Assembly: GCA_963782915.1 (NCBI GenBank)
Contig: CAWALK010000023.1
Coordinates: 64,001 to 128,000 of the forward strand
DNA length: 64,000 bases
Source of the DNA: an uncultured archaeon
GTDB lineage: Archaea; Thermoproteota; Bathyarchaeia; Bathyarchaeales; Bathycorpusculaceae
Reading direction: 5' to 3'
Shown: positions 1-10,578 of the stretch, piece after piece
How positions within the stretch are numbered: the first letter of the stretch is position 1
How the letters are laid out: each line of letters starts with the position of its first letter
The notes under the pieces: model-generated
Database searches by the model: none
The model's input: the letters and a program-made list of their open reading frames with translations, nothing else
Told to the model about the DNA's origin: nothing
Translations under genes and position numbers: made by a program

Positions 1-177
1 AGCCTCACACTTTTTGGCAGCATATTCTCACTCAACGACCGCAAAAAAATCAGTGCCCAAGCCAAAGGCACACTATCCCAAGCCCAAGAACTAGGCACCC
101 AAGTGGGCGAAGACCTAATCAAGCAGGGTGCACACGAATTCGAGAAAGAGTGGAGAGAAAAATATGGCGTATGGTAA
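1..177 (+). CDS. hemC: Hydroxymethylbilane synthase, C-terminal end (partial)
   Basis: Frame 1 reads SLTLFGSIFSLNDRKKISAQAKGTLSQAQELGTQVGEDLIKQGA...W*, resembling the HemC C-terminus; it overlaps the cobA start in hemC-cobA-hemD order. Confidence 0.7.
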   Translation, partial: SLTLFGSIFSLNDRKKISAQAKGTLSQAQELGTQVGEDLIKQGAHEFEKEWREKYGVW

Positions 178-919
178 AGTCTATCTTGTCGGCGCAGGCC
201 CCGGCGACCCACAGCTACTCACGATTAAAGCTGTTAAGGCATTAAAAGACGCAGACGTAGTCATCTATGACCGATTGGGCGTTAGTGAAGAGGTTCTGTG
301 TTTAGCGCCTGATGGTGCTGAGAGGATTTTTGTTGGCAAACGCACGGGACTCCACGAGGTACCCCAAGACCAAATCACAAACATTATCATAGAGAAGGCT
401 AAGCAGGGCGGTAAAATTGTCCGACTCAAAGGCGGCGACCCATTCATTTTCGGACGGGGCGGCGAAGAAGCCGAGGCACTGGTTGCGGAAGGCATAGAAT
501 TCGAAATTATTCCCGGAATCAGCTCTTCTGTTTCCGCTCCAATGTACGCGGGCATACCGTTAACGCATCGGGACTATGCAGCTTCAGTCGCAATTATCAC
601 TGGCCACCGTGCAGGCGATGCTGAGAAACCCGTGGATTGGGTAAAAATCGCCAATGCCGTAGACACAATAGTCATCTTGATGGGTGTGGAATCACTCGAA
701 GGCATCGTCGGCAAACTCTTAGCAGGCGGCATAAGCCCCGAAAAACCCGTTGCCATGGTTGAATCAGGCACACTCCCACAACAACGCACCCTAATCTCCA
801 CCTTAGGCACCGTAGTTAAAGAAGCGGCTGAGAAACAAATCAAACCCCCCTCAGTCATAGTCATAGGCGAAGTCGCCAATTTGGGCAGGAAACTGGCATG
901 GTTCAAAAAACCCCTCTAA
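164..919 (+). CDS. cobA: Uroporphyrinogen-III C-methyltransferase
   Basis: VYLVGAGPGDPQLLT, RLKGGDPFIFGRGGEE and AGIPLTHR motifs; ATG at 164. Confidence 0.95.
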   Translation: MAYGKVYLVGAGPGDPQLLTIKAVKALKDADVVIYDRLGVSEEVLCLAPDGAERIFVGKRTGLHEVPQDQITNIIIEKAKQGGKIVRLKGGDPFIFGRGGEEAEALVAEGIEFEIIPGISSSVSAPMYAGIPLTHRDYAASVAIITGHRAGDAEKPVDWVKIANAVDTIVILMGVESLEGIVGKLLAGGISPEKPVAMVESGTLPQQRTLISTLGTVVKEAAEKQIKPPSVIVIGEVANLGRKLAWFKKPL

Positions 920-1722
920 AGGGCCGAGTCGTAGCCATCACCCGCCCCACAGGCCAAGCCGAAGAAGCAGGGGTGCTCATAACTGCGAAGGGCGGGGTAC
1001 CCTACTATATCCCAGCCATAGAGATCAAAGGCTTAAGCAACCCTGAACCCATGAAAAAATTCATCTCTGAACTATCTCTGGGCAAAGTGAATTATGTCAT
1101 TTTAATGAGCACCAACGGCGTAAAGTACCTCTTTAGTGCAGCCGACGAAATCAAGCAGACCAAACAACTGCATGAGGGACTCAAAAAATCCTTCGTCATA
1201 GCCGTCGGCCCCAAAACAGCCGAAGCCATGAAAGAATACAACATACGCGTTGACATGGTGCCCCAAAAATACAGCAGCGACGGTCTCCTCGAAGCCCTCC
1301 AAGGCATGGACATCAAGGGCAAAAAGATCCGTATCCCACGAACCAGCAACGCCACCCCAACATTGACCAATCAACTGCGCGAAATGGGCGCTAACGTAGA
1401 GGAAATCTATGTTTACGAATCAGGCCTACCTGTCGATGAAGCGTTAAAAACCAAATTCTACAGTGACCTAACAAGCGGGCACATAAACGCATTATTATTC
1501 GGTAGCGGATTGAGCGCCAAAAACATATTCAAAATGCTTACCGAAAAAGCATCCATGGAGCAATTGCGAAAAGTGTTGGCTGAGAAAGTCACCGTCGTTG
1601 CCATCGGACCCACAACCGCAGAAGCCCTCTGCGAACTCAACGTAAAAGTCGATGTAGTCCCAGAGGATTACCTATTCGACAGCGCACTTGACGCCCTCGC
1701 CGATTACTGGGCTAAGTGCTAA
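898..1722 (+). CDS. hemD: Uroporphyrinogen-III synthase
   Basis: VAITRP, AVGPKTA and AIGPTTAEAL two-domain HemD pattern; follows cobA. Confidence 0.9.
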   Translation: MVQKTPLKGRVVAITRPTGQAEEAGVLITAKGGVPYYIPAIEIKGLSNPEPMKKFISELSLGKVNYVILMSTNGVKYLFSAADEIKQTKQLHEGLKKSFVIAVGPKTAEAMKEYNIRVDMVPQKYSSDGLLEALQGMDIKGKKIRIPRTSNATPTLTNQLREMGANVEEIYVYESGLPVDEALKTKFYSDLTSGHINALLFGSGLSAKNIFKMLTEKASMEQLRKVLAEKVTVVAIGPTTAEALCELNVKVDVVPEDYLFDSALDALADYWAKC

Positions 1723-2984
1723 TCGGTTTTTATTTCAATGTTAATGTAGTGGATTATGGGTATCGCAAGCACCGCTATCGCAGCTGCAACCCCAAAACCC
1801 ACCGCGAAGCCAAACGTGCCGATTAGGAAGCCGCCGATAAGCGACCCCAAAACATTCGCCAACGACACAACCGCCAAAAGCTCCCCCTGCGTGGTGCCTT
1901 TCTTGTTGAACTGCGCCTGCGAAATAGCAAAACACATAATCGGATACCAAACCAGCGCGTAGCAGATGAGGAAAAGAATTTCAAGTATTAAGGGGAAAAT
2001 AAATGCGTAACCGCTGCGGAAAGTTAAGAATACCGTTAAGCCTGCCCATGTCAGAATCAGCAGTGAACGCGTAGCCATCATGGTGCTCACCAGCTTCTGA
2101 TACTCCATTTTGACTCTGGGCACTATGTTTGAGAAGGAAATTACTGTAGCGACGTTTTCTGCGACGTTGATGGATAAGATGACGCTGGCAGAGAGGCCTA
2201 TTGCACTCATGAAGGGCACTTCGCCCACGCCATAAGTGTACACGCCTGTCCAGTGAACGAGGCATGCGAGGAATAGCAGATGTATGGGTTTGAGGCGTCG
2301 GAGCCGTTTTGGGATTTTTAGTTTTCGGGGGTCAAAATAATCCAGCACCGACATAGCCGTGGGTTGTTCCTCATCCTGCACGTTGAGGATGGGATACGCC
2401 TCGCGTTCAAGCGGCAACTGGGGTTCCTTGGCTGTACGCCACAAAATCAACGCTGAAACCACACAAAACGACGACGCAATAAAGAGCACCCAACTCAGCG
2501 GAATTACAAGCGTTATGAGGCTGTTTACAACTAGCCCAGCGATCACGCCTGCGTTGAAGTAGGAATTGTATTTGACGATTTCGCGCTGCCAGTTTTTGCC
2601 TTCGCGGTATTCGACCGCGTACATGGCTGCGACAGGCTGAATGCCCGCAGTGAAAATTGCCAATATGGTGTAGAGCAAAATAAGCTGCCAAACCGAACCC
2701 GCCAGCCCCAGAAGCACAAACATCGGAGCACACGCCAAAAAGAAAACCAACAAAAAACGCACCCGCAACCCAAAATAATCCGAGAGCCTACCCCAAACAA
2801 TCGACATTACAATAGTGGCTGAAGCGTTCGCAGCGATGATGATGCCGATGTCAACAAGCGTTGCCCCCAACGATAGGGCAGCCAGCGTGATTACGACTTT
2901 TATGGAGCCAATTGCCATGTTGATGGGAACCAAAGAAAAATACCACACAGACGGGCTTCTGGCAAATCGGCGGATAAAACTCAT
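1719..2984 (-). CDS. MFS transporter
   Basis: About 12 hydrophobic segments; WGRLSDYFG motif A. Confidence 0.85.
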   Translation of the reverse strand: MSFIRRFARSPSVWYFSLVPINMAIGSIKVVITLAALSLGATLVDIGIIIAANASATIVMSIVWGRLSDYFGLRVRFLLVFFLACAPMFVLLGLAGSVWQLILLYTILAIFTAGIQPVAAMYAVEYREGKNWQREIVKYNSYFNAGVIAGLVVNSLITLVIPLSWVLFIASSFCVVSALILWRTAKEPQLPLEREAYPILNVQDEEQPTAMSVLDYFDPRKLKIPKRLRRLKPIHLLFLACLVHWTGVYTYGVGEVPFMSAIGLSASVILSINVAENVATVISFSNIVPRVKMEYQKLVSTMMATRSLLILTWAGLTVFLTFRSGYAFIFPLILEILFLICYALVWYPIMCFAISQAQFNKKGTTQGELLAVVSLANVLGSLIGGFLIGTFGFAVGFGVAAAIAVLAIPIIHYINIEIKTD

Positions 2985-3151
2985 AGAATCTCATGAGCCA
3001 AAAATGCAAATGGCTCAATTAATACCATGTTTTTGAAGCTTAATTTCTCTTATCTATCCCTGTTGCTGTGTAGATACAGCCACTTACGTTTAAGACACCT
3101 AATCGATAACCACCATTTGAAGCAGTCTCTGTTTTTTAGGAGGTGGATTTT

Positions 3152-3358
3152 ATGGAAGCAACAGACAAAAGTGGAAAAGTCAAATTGACTATGGAATTAG
3201 AAATCAACGAACCAGCAATGGCCCTAATCAAAGAAAACATGGCGAATATGATGGATATGGCTTCTCAATGGCGTGCCAATATGGGTCAAGGCGGCAAAGG
3301 CAAGATGGGCGAAGGCGGACACGGCATGGGCACAATGATGCACCATGGCCAAGAATAA
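3152..3358 (+). CDS. Small hypothetical protein with Met/Gly/His-rich C-terminus
   Basis: GGAGGTG RBS upstream; tail GGHGMGTMMHHGQE. Confidence 0.65.
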   Translation: MEATDKSGKVKLTMELEINEPAMALIKENMANMMDMASQWRANMGQGGKGKMGEGGHGMGTMMHHGQE

Positions 3359-3362
3359 CCCC

Positions 3363-4127
3363 CTAAAGGGTGAAAGCTGGCTCCCCAGCTACAGAGGCAA
3401 TGATTGCTTCTGCTTTTTCTTCCTGTTCTTTTGTACCCGAAACTGCTAACCAAACTGCGCCTTCTGCACCGTTTACGCCGCCAGCAGCGATCAATATAGC
3501 CTCGACGCCGCAGAGGAGTTTGAGGGCTTCGATTTCTGTGAATACTTCGCCTGGAAGCGGCAAAAAGCGGTATCCTTCGGCGCCTGGTTCATTTATTTTT
3601 TGGGCTATGGCGTTTAAGTCGCCGTTTATGCGTTTTTCTAAGCCTACAGCGACGAATAATTTTACTCTGCGTCCGAAGACTGCGGGTAGGGATAAGCCTG
3701 CTGTGCCTGCCTTTGGATGACCGATCAATAGAGCAGCCTGCTTACGCTCTAAACCTAGTGCGTTTGCACCTTTGACTATGACATCGCCTTCTTTTAGTGA
3801 ATCTACGATGTCGCCGATGGTTTTGCCCTTTTGCCATTCACCTTTAACGACGACTACATCGCCTGGGAATTGGGTTTCGTCTGAGAGTCGCCCTTCCTTG
3901 GTTACGGGTTTGTTGGGTGGCATTGTTAAGCCGCGGAAGAAGCGTTCGCGGGAAAAACCGCTGATGCCCATGCTGCGACAGATTTCTTCGGCTAAGTAAC
4001 CGTTTGTGGTTCCTGCTATGAGTACGAGTGTGCCGTTTTTGGCGGCGCTTTGGATTTGGGGGTGCCTGGCTAGGGCTTTTGCTATTAGGCGTTTGCCTGA
4101 TGAAGGTGTTAGGAGGAATTGTTTCAA
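3363..4127 (-). CDS. Conserved hypothetical protein (alpha/beta, IAGTTN and KGAN motifs)
   Basis: 254-aa ORF with protein-like composition; GGAG RBS upstream. Confidence 0.7.
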   Translation of the reverse strand: MKQFLLTPSSGKRLIAKALARHPQIQSAAKNGTLVLIAGTTNGYLAEEICRSMGISGFSRERFFRGLTMPPNKPVTKEGRLSDETQFPGDVVVVKGEWQKGKTIGDIVDSLKEGDVIVKGANALGLERKQAALLIGHPKAGTAGLSLPAVFGRRVKLFVAVGLEKRINGDLNAIAQKINEPGAEGYRFLPLPGEVFTEIEALKLLCGVEAILIAAGGVNGAEGAVWLAVSGTKEQEEKAEAIIASVAGEPAFTL

Positions 4128-4724
4128 GGGCTTGTCTCCTTGACTTTGTATTTCGGTTGTAGATTATAAGATTTGTGACTTTGTATTGTATTGAGCCGTC
4201 GATGGCCTATAGAGAATATGTTGGGCACCTCTAAGAGCAGCTTTGCTTTCTTAAATTGCAAGGAGCTGAAAAATAGTATGTGTAATTTAACAACAGGAGT
4301 TTATCGTCAAGAAATAAGCACCCCTAAACTTGCGGGGAAAGTTGCTATCTCAAAAGAACGTGTCTGTGCTTGTTTTCTTCTCCAAGAAAATACAATTTCA
4401 GCAGAGGTTTCTGTGAATGTATAAAACTATAGTTATAGATTGCCAAAATATTGCTGCTGATTTCTTTTGCGGTGGTTGTATCGCTTATCGGAACTGCGAA
4501 ATATCAAAACAGAACCTTCACAGCGGCTCTGTAGAGGCGCAAAAAACAATTAAATCATAGATTGAACGCGTATTGCTTAAAAAAGCGGACGCAAGCGACA
4601 ACTACTACAAACACAAAAAGAAACAACTATTCAGCATTACCAGCGAAATTTGGAGCTTGAAAAAATAATAAAAAATAAAAAAGATTTTATTCTTAACTAA
4701 TTGGAAAGATGATTAAGCTTACGC

Positions 4725-4868
4725 TTAGTATCTTCTTGGTGGACGTCTTTTTGCGTAGCACTCGCGGCAATATACTGGTCTTGTGCCGTCTGGTTTGAAA
4801 GGAACATCGCATTCTTTTCCACAGTCAGCGCAAGTTGCCTTGTGCATTTCTCGGTTACCGTATGACAT
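4725..4868 (-). CDS. CxxC-x17-CxxC zinc-ribbon small protein (not in ORF track)
   Basis: Translates to MSYGNREMHKATCADCGKECDVPFKPDGTRPVYCRECYAKRRPPRRY*; GGAG RBS upstream. Confidence 0.9.
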   Translation of the reverse strand: MSYGNREMHKATCADCGKECDVPFKPDGTRPVYCRECYAKRRPPRRY

Positions 4869-5173
4869 ATTTGCTGTTTCAACTCCTACTATATTCGATT
4901 GTGTGCAAAATTTACTTTTGCACGTACACCATAGTCTTATTCGCGGCTTATAAATGGCGTGCCTTATAACTCAATATTAGACATGAAAATAGCCAAACTA
5001 GCGCTAACACGCTAACCCCCGATACATTCGGACAACAAATAGTCAAACTAATATACTTAAAACACCCATATAGGTGAATAAATCGGATATACCGTCCGAA
5101 TATTGGAGAAAAAGTCAAAAAATGGCAGCCGTGGGCTTAGCTTTTTCTCGGACCCAATACAAGTGAGTGCACT

Positions 5174-5818
5174 TTGAGACAGAAAAAATCGACCTTGGGC
5201 GAACATCTCGCTCTCCTATCAGTCAAATACAGTGTCTACCCAAACGAAGTTTTCCAAGCACTAGTAATAGCCCGCAAAAACGATCGTGCCACCTGCGGTA
5301 ACCTCTCAATCGAATACCGCGGCAAACTAAAAGGCGAAACAATCTTTCTAATAACCAAAGACAACGACGTAGTTGCACAATTCCGCGTCGAAGAAGAATT
5401 TCTGCTGCGAAAAGACAACCCATTCGAAAGCTGGATGAGCACGGACAAGATTAAAAAGAAAATTGCAAAACAAAATACTGACTCCGTTTATATCCAAATT
5501 AAAGACCTCAGAGCAGGTATGAAACGGGTTAATCTTAAAGCGGAAGTTCAAGAGATCCCCAAACCAGCGCAGGTCCATACTCAATTCGGCAACACAGTGA
5601 TGGTAGTTAACGCTTTAGTCGGTGACGAAACAGGCAAAGTTAAGCTCTGCCTTTGGGAAGGGCAAATCGGCCAAATTAACGTGGGCGACCAAATTGAACT
5701 CAGGAATGGGCAAGTCTGCGTTTTCCGAGGCGAAAAACAGCTGAGACTGGGCAAGAATGGCTCGTTAACTGTGTTGAAACGGGCTGAGGTTAAACCGCAA
5801 ATCGCAACAATAGGCTAA
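5174..5818 (+). CDS. OB-fold ssDNA-binding (SSB/RPA-like) protein with extra N-terminal domain
   Basis: C-terminal IKDL..VNL....VGDETGKVKLCLW..QLRLGK matches the archaeal SSB OB fold. Confidence 0.8.
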   Translation: MRQKKSTLGEHLALLSVKYSVYPNEVFQALVIARKNDRATCGNLSIEYRGKLKGETIFLITKDNDVVAQFRVEEEFLLRKDNPFESWMSTDKIKKKIAKQNTDSVYIQIKDLRAGMKRVNLKAEVQEIPKPAQVHTQFGNTVMVVNALVGDETGKVKLCLWEGQIGQINVGDQIELRNGQVCVFRGEKQLRLGKNGSLTVLKRAEVKPQIATIG

Positions 5819-5847
5819 TCAAAATAACTATCCCTTTTACAACACAT

Positions 5848-5901
5848 TTCTTGACTAACTCTTTCAGTCTAGGTCAAGATTCCTATACAAAAAATCTTAA
5901 A
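5848..5901 (+). repeat. Junction palindrome element, copy 1 (CTTGAC...GTCAAGATTCCTATACAA)
   Basis: Matches junctions at 7397, 8408, 9265 and 11398, with a longer spacer. Confidence 0.6.
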
Positions 5902-5935
5902 TTACCCAATACTTCGCTTTTAATTAGGTGCTAAT

Positions 5936-7324
5936 ATGCGCAAGCTTGTTTATGCCTCATTTTCTGCGGTCCTACTTCTGGCGTATTTAATGTCAGTGGG
6001 TTCTGCCTCTACCGTTTTTACTCCAGTTAGCGGCTTACTCACATCTGACACAACTTGGAGTCTAGCAAACAGTCCCTACCAATTAACAGGACCAGTCGGC
6101 GTAGCCAGTGGAGTAACATTAACTATCCAGCCCGGCGTAACCGTTGATCTGGCAAGTTTAGATATTCAAATAAATGGAACCCTAATCGCCAGAGGAACCA
6201 GCGACCAAAAAATCACTTTCAATAGCAACAGCCAAGACGCCGATATCGGTATAGCGGCAAACAGCACAAGCTGGGATGAATTAACCGGCACAGGATGCAT
6301 AATTCGAAACGCCATCATCAACGCTAATTTGGGCATCGGAAAAGTAGCGCCCAAAATCGACAGCAACACCATCACTGGACACTACCTGCTAACTTCGGGG
6401 TCCCCAATCATCTCTAACAACATTATCAACGAAGAAATTCATGTTTTAGACGGAACACCCCTCATAACCGGTAACACTATAAACAGTTTTATCGTTGGGA
6501 GCTGCAAGGGGCCAGTGACAATATCAAACAACATTATTACTGGTCACTTCGGTGATGCAATTAACGGTGCAGGCATCAGTTGCAGTGCAAACAACATCAT
6601 TACAGGTAATACTATCACCCACTTCAAGAAAGGCATCGTTTTGTTCTGTGGAAACAGCACAATAGAACGAAATGTAATCGTAGACAATACCCTCGGAATA
6701 CAGTTGGGACTATCCGGCTCAGGCACCAACGGCGTCTTCCAAGTAACCATCCGAAACAACCTGATAACCGATAACTCCAAGGGAATAAGCCTCACCGACC
6801 TATCGCAGACCCTCGCTGCGGGTGGCAGCATAGCCTTCACAATAAAAAACAACAATATCCAAGGCAACCGCGACTACGACATCTACTTGGGAATCAACAC
6901 ACCGATAAATGCCTCTTATAATTGGTGGGGTACAGCTGACCAGCAAGCCATAAACCAGACAATCTACGATGTCAAAAACAACTACAATCTCGGCACTGTA
7001 ACCTTCACTCCATACTTGACTGAACTTGATCCAGTTACACCCATCTATAATGGGCAGACACAAACCACTACCCCAACCGCAAGTACAACACCGGTGCCGA
7101 TCATTACCGAAACAGAGAACCCCACTGAGCCGCCGGCCACAACAACTCAAGACCCAGCCACGACGAATCCAACCCAGCATCCGGAGCAGCAGCCAATCAC
7201 CCAAAACAATCAGCAACTCACGCTAGGCTGGTCAGAAGTTGCAGTACTCATTGTATGCGTTGTTGTTGGGACTTTAACTGTGGCGCTGATATTACTCCGC
7301 CGAAAGCACATAACACAACAATAA
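5936..7324 (+). CDS. Secreted parallel beta-helix (NosD/pectin-lyase-like) protein with C-terminal TM anchor
   Basis: Signal peptide, I..N.I repeats, NWWGT motif, Thr/Pro linker, TM followed by RRKH. Confidence 0.85.
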   Translation: MRKLVYASFSAVLLLAYLMSVGSASTVFTPVSGLLTSDTTWSLANSPYQLTGPVGVASGVTLTIQPGVTVDLASLDIQINGTLIARGTSDQKITFNSNSQDADIGIAANSTSWDELTGTGCIIRNAIINANLGIGKVAPKIDSNTITGHYLLTSGSPIISNNIINEEIHVLDGTPLITGNTINSFIVGSCKGPVTISNNIITGHFGDAINGAGISCSANNIITGNTITHFKKGIVLFCGNSTIERNVIVDNTLGIQLGLSGSGTNGVFQVTIRNNLITDNSKGISLTDLSQTLAAGGSIAFTIKNNNIQGNRDYDIYLGINTPINASYNWWGTADQQAINQTIYDVKNNYNLGTVTFTPYLTELDPVTPIYNGQTQTTTPTASTTPVPIITETENPTEPPATTTQDPATTNPTQHPEQQPITQNNQQLTLGWSEVAVLIVCVVVGTLTVALILLRRKHITQQ

Positions 7325-7396
7325 TGAGAACTATCCACACTAAGTGGTGGCACACTCTGAGTAAATACCAGTTGCAACGTTTGTTTGTTTAGAATC

Positions 7397-7440
7397 CTTG
7401 ACAAGCCTTAGTCAAGAAACCTATACAAGAACGCTTTAAT
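7397..7440 (+). repeat. Junction palindrome element, copy 2
   Basis: CCTTGAC-aagcctta-GTCAAGAAACCTATACAAGAACGCTTTAA. Confidence 0.75.
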
Positions 7441-7464
7441 GCTCAGCTTAATTTAGTATGAATT

Positions 7465-8364
7465 ATGAACTCGCTAAGAAAGTGTATTTCATTAGTGCTT
7501 ATTCTAACTATGGTAACTTCAAGCTTATTCTTCAGCGAATTAACGGTTGCGGCATCTAAACCTTCCACGCCTCAGGTTACAATCAAATTTGTCAATGCAA
7601 CCTATCCCCTACCTACAACGGACCCATACACTGGACAAACAAGCACAATCTTGGGCGGAAATTATTCCATTGAAGTTACAATAAAGAACCAAGCCACAAG
7701 CGATTCAAATAGCAAAATTTACTACAATATCCGTTTAAAACCCTACTTTGATAATAACTCTTGGGCTGAACTTTATGGTGTATTGTATTACGTAAGTGAA
7801 AATAATGGGGACAGCACTTTCGATTATGCCTATTTCATAAACTCATATGCCCCCGCTCAATCAACATCAAGCGTTACAAAGATTATTATCCCTCTGGAAG
7901 AAACAACCGTTTATGGAAAAACAGGCACCAGCTATTATATACCGACGTATTATAATTACACTAGCCTTGTCCCTGAAGGCGGACAAGTTGATTTTCAGGT
8001 ACAAGCATTAACAGGACATGCAACTCAGAGGTGGGTTTCCAGAAGCCCATTTACCACCACTGTTGGCGGATATAATGTGGATGCAGTGGCGTTTGACGCT
8101 GCAAGCGATTGGAGCAGTACCCAAACAATAACAATCGCTGATGGCTCCGATTCAACTTATACACCCCCCGAAGACGTGACAACTTTAACCCCAATAATAA
8201 CTTCAACGCCAACTGTAACTAACACAAACTTGAATCCATCCGATTTAATTACGTTACCTTTGAGTATCTTTATCGCAATCATAATAGTGGTTGTGCTGCT
8301 TACAGTTACTCTATCAGTATTGCTTTTTAGAAGGCATCGAAAAACCATTAACTTGAGCAAATAG
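7465..8364 (+). CDS. Secreted membrane-anchored protein, paralog family (DPYTG / YYN.R.K / VDFQVQA / SDWS)
   Basis: Signal peptide, shared motifs, C-terminal TM followed by RRHRK. Confidence 0.8.
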   Translation: MNSLRKCISLVLILTMVTSSLFFSELTVAASKPSTPQVTIKFVNATYPLPTTDPYTGQTSTILGGNYSIEVTIKNQATSDSNSKIYYNIRLKPYFDNNSWAELYGVLYYVSENNGDSTFDYAYFINSYAPAQSTSSVTKIIIPLEETTVYGKTGTSYYIPTYYNYTSLVPEGGQVDFQVQALTGHATQRWVSRSPFTTTVGGYNVDAVAFDAASDWSSTQTITIADGSDSTYTPPEDVTTLTPIITSTPTVTNTNLNPSDLITLPLSIFIAIIIVVVLLTVTLSVLLFRRHRKTINLSK

Positions 8365-8460
8365 ACCTTTTCCCACGCTTGGGTGTACTCGCCCTCTCTA
8401 CCTATGGGTCAAGAAATATTGACTTGGCTTAGTTCAATATTCTATACAAGAACGCTTTTA
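8332..8460 (+). repeat. Conserved ~130-bp gene-junction repeat, copy 3
   Basis: AGGCATCGAAAA...AAATAGACCTTTTCCCAC...GTCAAGAAATATTGAC-ttggctta-G...CTATACAAGAACGCTTTTA; similar to 9189-9293 and 11327-11454. Confidence 0.75.
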
Positions 8461-8486
8461 TCGCCTCTATAACGCTAATACTAAAC

Positions 8487-9221
8487 ATGGGCAAAATCAG
8501 CAAGACTCTCGCATTATTCCTAACTCTAATAATCGCTACGTCATGCCTAACCTTACTGATGGTTAACTCTGCAAATGCCCAAACAATACCTAAACCATCT
8601 GTACCAGAGTTCACTATAAAAGTAGTACACCATTCAGTAGACCAACCAGCAATTTATTCAATAGACCCCTATACTGGAGAAAACAAGACGGTTGTTGAAG
8701 CAAAGCATGACGTATGGACAAGTGTAGTAGTAACAATCATGAATCAGCACTTCATACCCTATGCTGATGCGGAGGGGAATACAATTAATCTGTATTATAA
8801 TGTGCGCTCAAAAGGGTCTTTTTCAGAGAATTGGGTTGAGCTTGAGAACATTAATTATGGCTTCCCAACTCCAAGTCAAATTCCGTCCCCTCCAAGCGAA
8901 GATTATCTAGAGTTAGATTACACTGCAAACTACTCGTCTAATGCACAACTTGATTTTCAAGTACAGGCAATGATAGGCTTTATCCATGATATTGAAAATC
9001 CGTATGGTGGAATGGATAATCGGTATTACCCTGTTTTTACTGGTGAATCGAGCGGTTGGAGCAACACACAAACAATAACCATAGGACAATCCTCAACTTT
9101 ACCATCTCCATCGCCTACCGTTCCAGAACTATCTTGGTTAGCAATCATACCGTTGATGGTTTCAATGCTCTGTCTTGCTGTGGTACTTAGGCATCGAAAA
9201 ACGTCATACTTCAACAAATAG
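8487..9221 (+). CDS. Secreted paralog-family protein with PEF-CTERM-like sorting signal (VPEL)
   Basis: PKPSVPEFT, IDPYTG, LDFQVQA, SGWSNTQT, VPEL-TM-RHRK. Confidence 0.8.
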   Translation: MGKISKTLALFLTLIIATSCLTLLMVNSANAQTIPKPSVPEFTIKVVHHSVDQPAIYSIDPYTGENKTVVEAKHDVWTSVVVTIMNQHFIPYADAEGNTINLYYNVRSKGSFSENWVELENINYGFPTPSQIPSPPSEDYLELDYTANYSSNAQLDFQVQAMIGFIHDIENPYGGMDNRYYPVFTGESSGWSNTQTITIGQSSTLPSPSPTVPELSWLAIIPLMVSMLCLAVVLRHRKTSYFNK

Positions 9222-9293
9222 ACTTTTTACAGCGATAGGGTGTACACCCACCTCCTACTTTTTGGTCAAGAAACTTGACCAAATCAAGTCAAG
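9189..9293 (+). repeat. Gene-junction repeat, copy 4
   Basis: AGGCATCGAAAA...AAATAGACTTTTT...GGTGTACAC...GTCAAGAAACTTGAC-caaatcaa-GTCAAG. Confidence 0.7.
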
Positions 9294-9341
9294 TGCCATT
9301 TACTGGAAGCTTTATATCACAATCTTTTCATTGCCTTAAGT

Positions 9342-10578
9342 ATGCGACTTCTAAGCAAAAGCTTCCTTCTCATACTGATTTTAACAATCTTGGGGGCATC
9401 CATACTTGTTTCTATGCCTACTGGATTAGCTCAAAGTGACACAAACAAGAGTGGAATAATTAGTTCAGATACCACATGGACTAAGGCAAATAGTCCACAT
9501 AACCTTGCTGGAAATGTGCTTGTTAAGGAAGCAGTCACCTTAACTATAGAAGCAGGTGCTACCGTCAATCTCAACACCTACTATATCTTAGTCAACGGTA
9601 CACTACAAGCAAAAGGGACCAGTACTGATAAGATAGTGATAAATGGCATCGAGGGCTCTCCACCTCTAGCTCCATTGGGAAGTTCCTTAGCAATGCCCTT
9701 TACTTATGGGATTACAATCAATGGTGGCTGTACAATTGAAAACGCCATTATTAACAACGTTAGATTAGCACTTGGCAGTTCTAACAGAATTAGCAATTCA
9801 ACATTTAGTGGTTTTGTTTCTATAGGACAATCGTCAACTTTCGCGAACAATATTGCTACAGGTTTGGTTTTCGCTGGAGGAAACTCAAAAATATTAAACA
9901 ACATCGTTCACGGTGGCATTGAAACAGAATATGGGTCACCAACTATTTCTAGTAACATAATCTCTGGCGGTGGAAATGGCATCTGGTGCTATTTGTCTGA
10001 AAACGCTGTAATCACGGATAACATCATTACTGGTTGCGGTTCAGGCATTTTTGCTCAAGGTAGTAACGGTCTTATTAGTGGAAATTTCATTGCTGAAAAT
10101 ACTAATGGCATTACTGTTAACTACGGAGCTAAAGTAACAATTAAAGAAAATACAATAAAGCAAAATGAGGTTGGTATACAACTGCCCAGTTCTGCCTAGT
10201 CCAGTCATCAATTACAACAATATACAAAACAATTCTTACAGCGTTTACTTAGGGGCATCAGTTAACCTTGATGCTACCAATAATTGGTGGGGAACAACCG
10301 ATACCCAAGCAATAAATAAAACAATTTTCGACTTTAAGAATGACTTCAATTTGGGGTCGGTAACCTTCATTCCTTTCCTTTCGTCACCTAATCCCCAAGC
10401 ACCAACTGGCCCGACATTAACACCTGAACCATCAACAACTCCATCGTCTTCTGTTTCTGATAGTCCAATCCCATCTCCAACCATCCCAGAGTTATCTTGG
10501 TTGGTAATTTTGCCTTTGTTTGTTGCAATGCTCTTTATAGCGATAAAACTTAGGGGTCGGAAGGTTAGCAATGATTAG
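9342..10578 (+). CDS. Secreted beta-helix protein with IPEL sorting signal; one frameshift near 10190
   Basis: ORFs 9342-10199 and 10165-10578 together are colinear with 5936-7324 (SDTTW.ANSP...NNWWGT.D.QAIN.TI.D). Confidence 0.75.
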
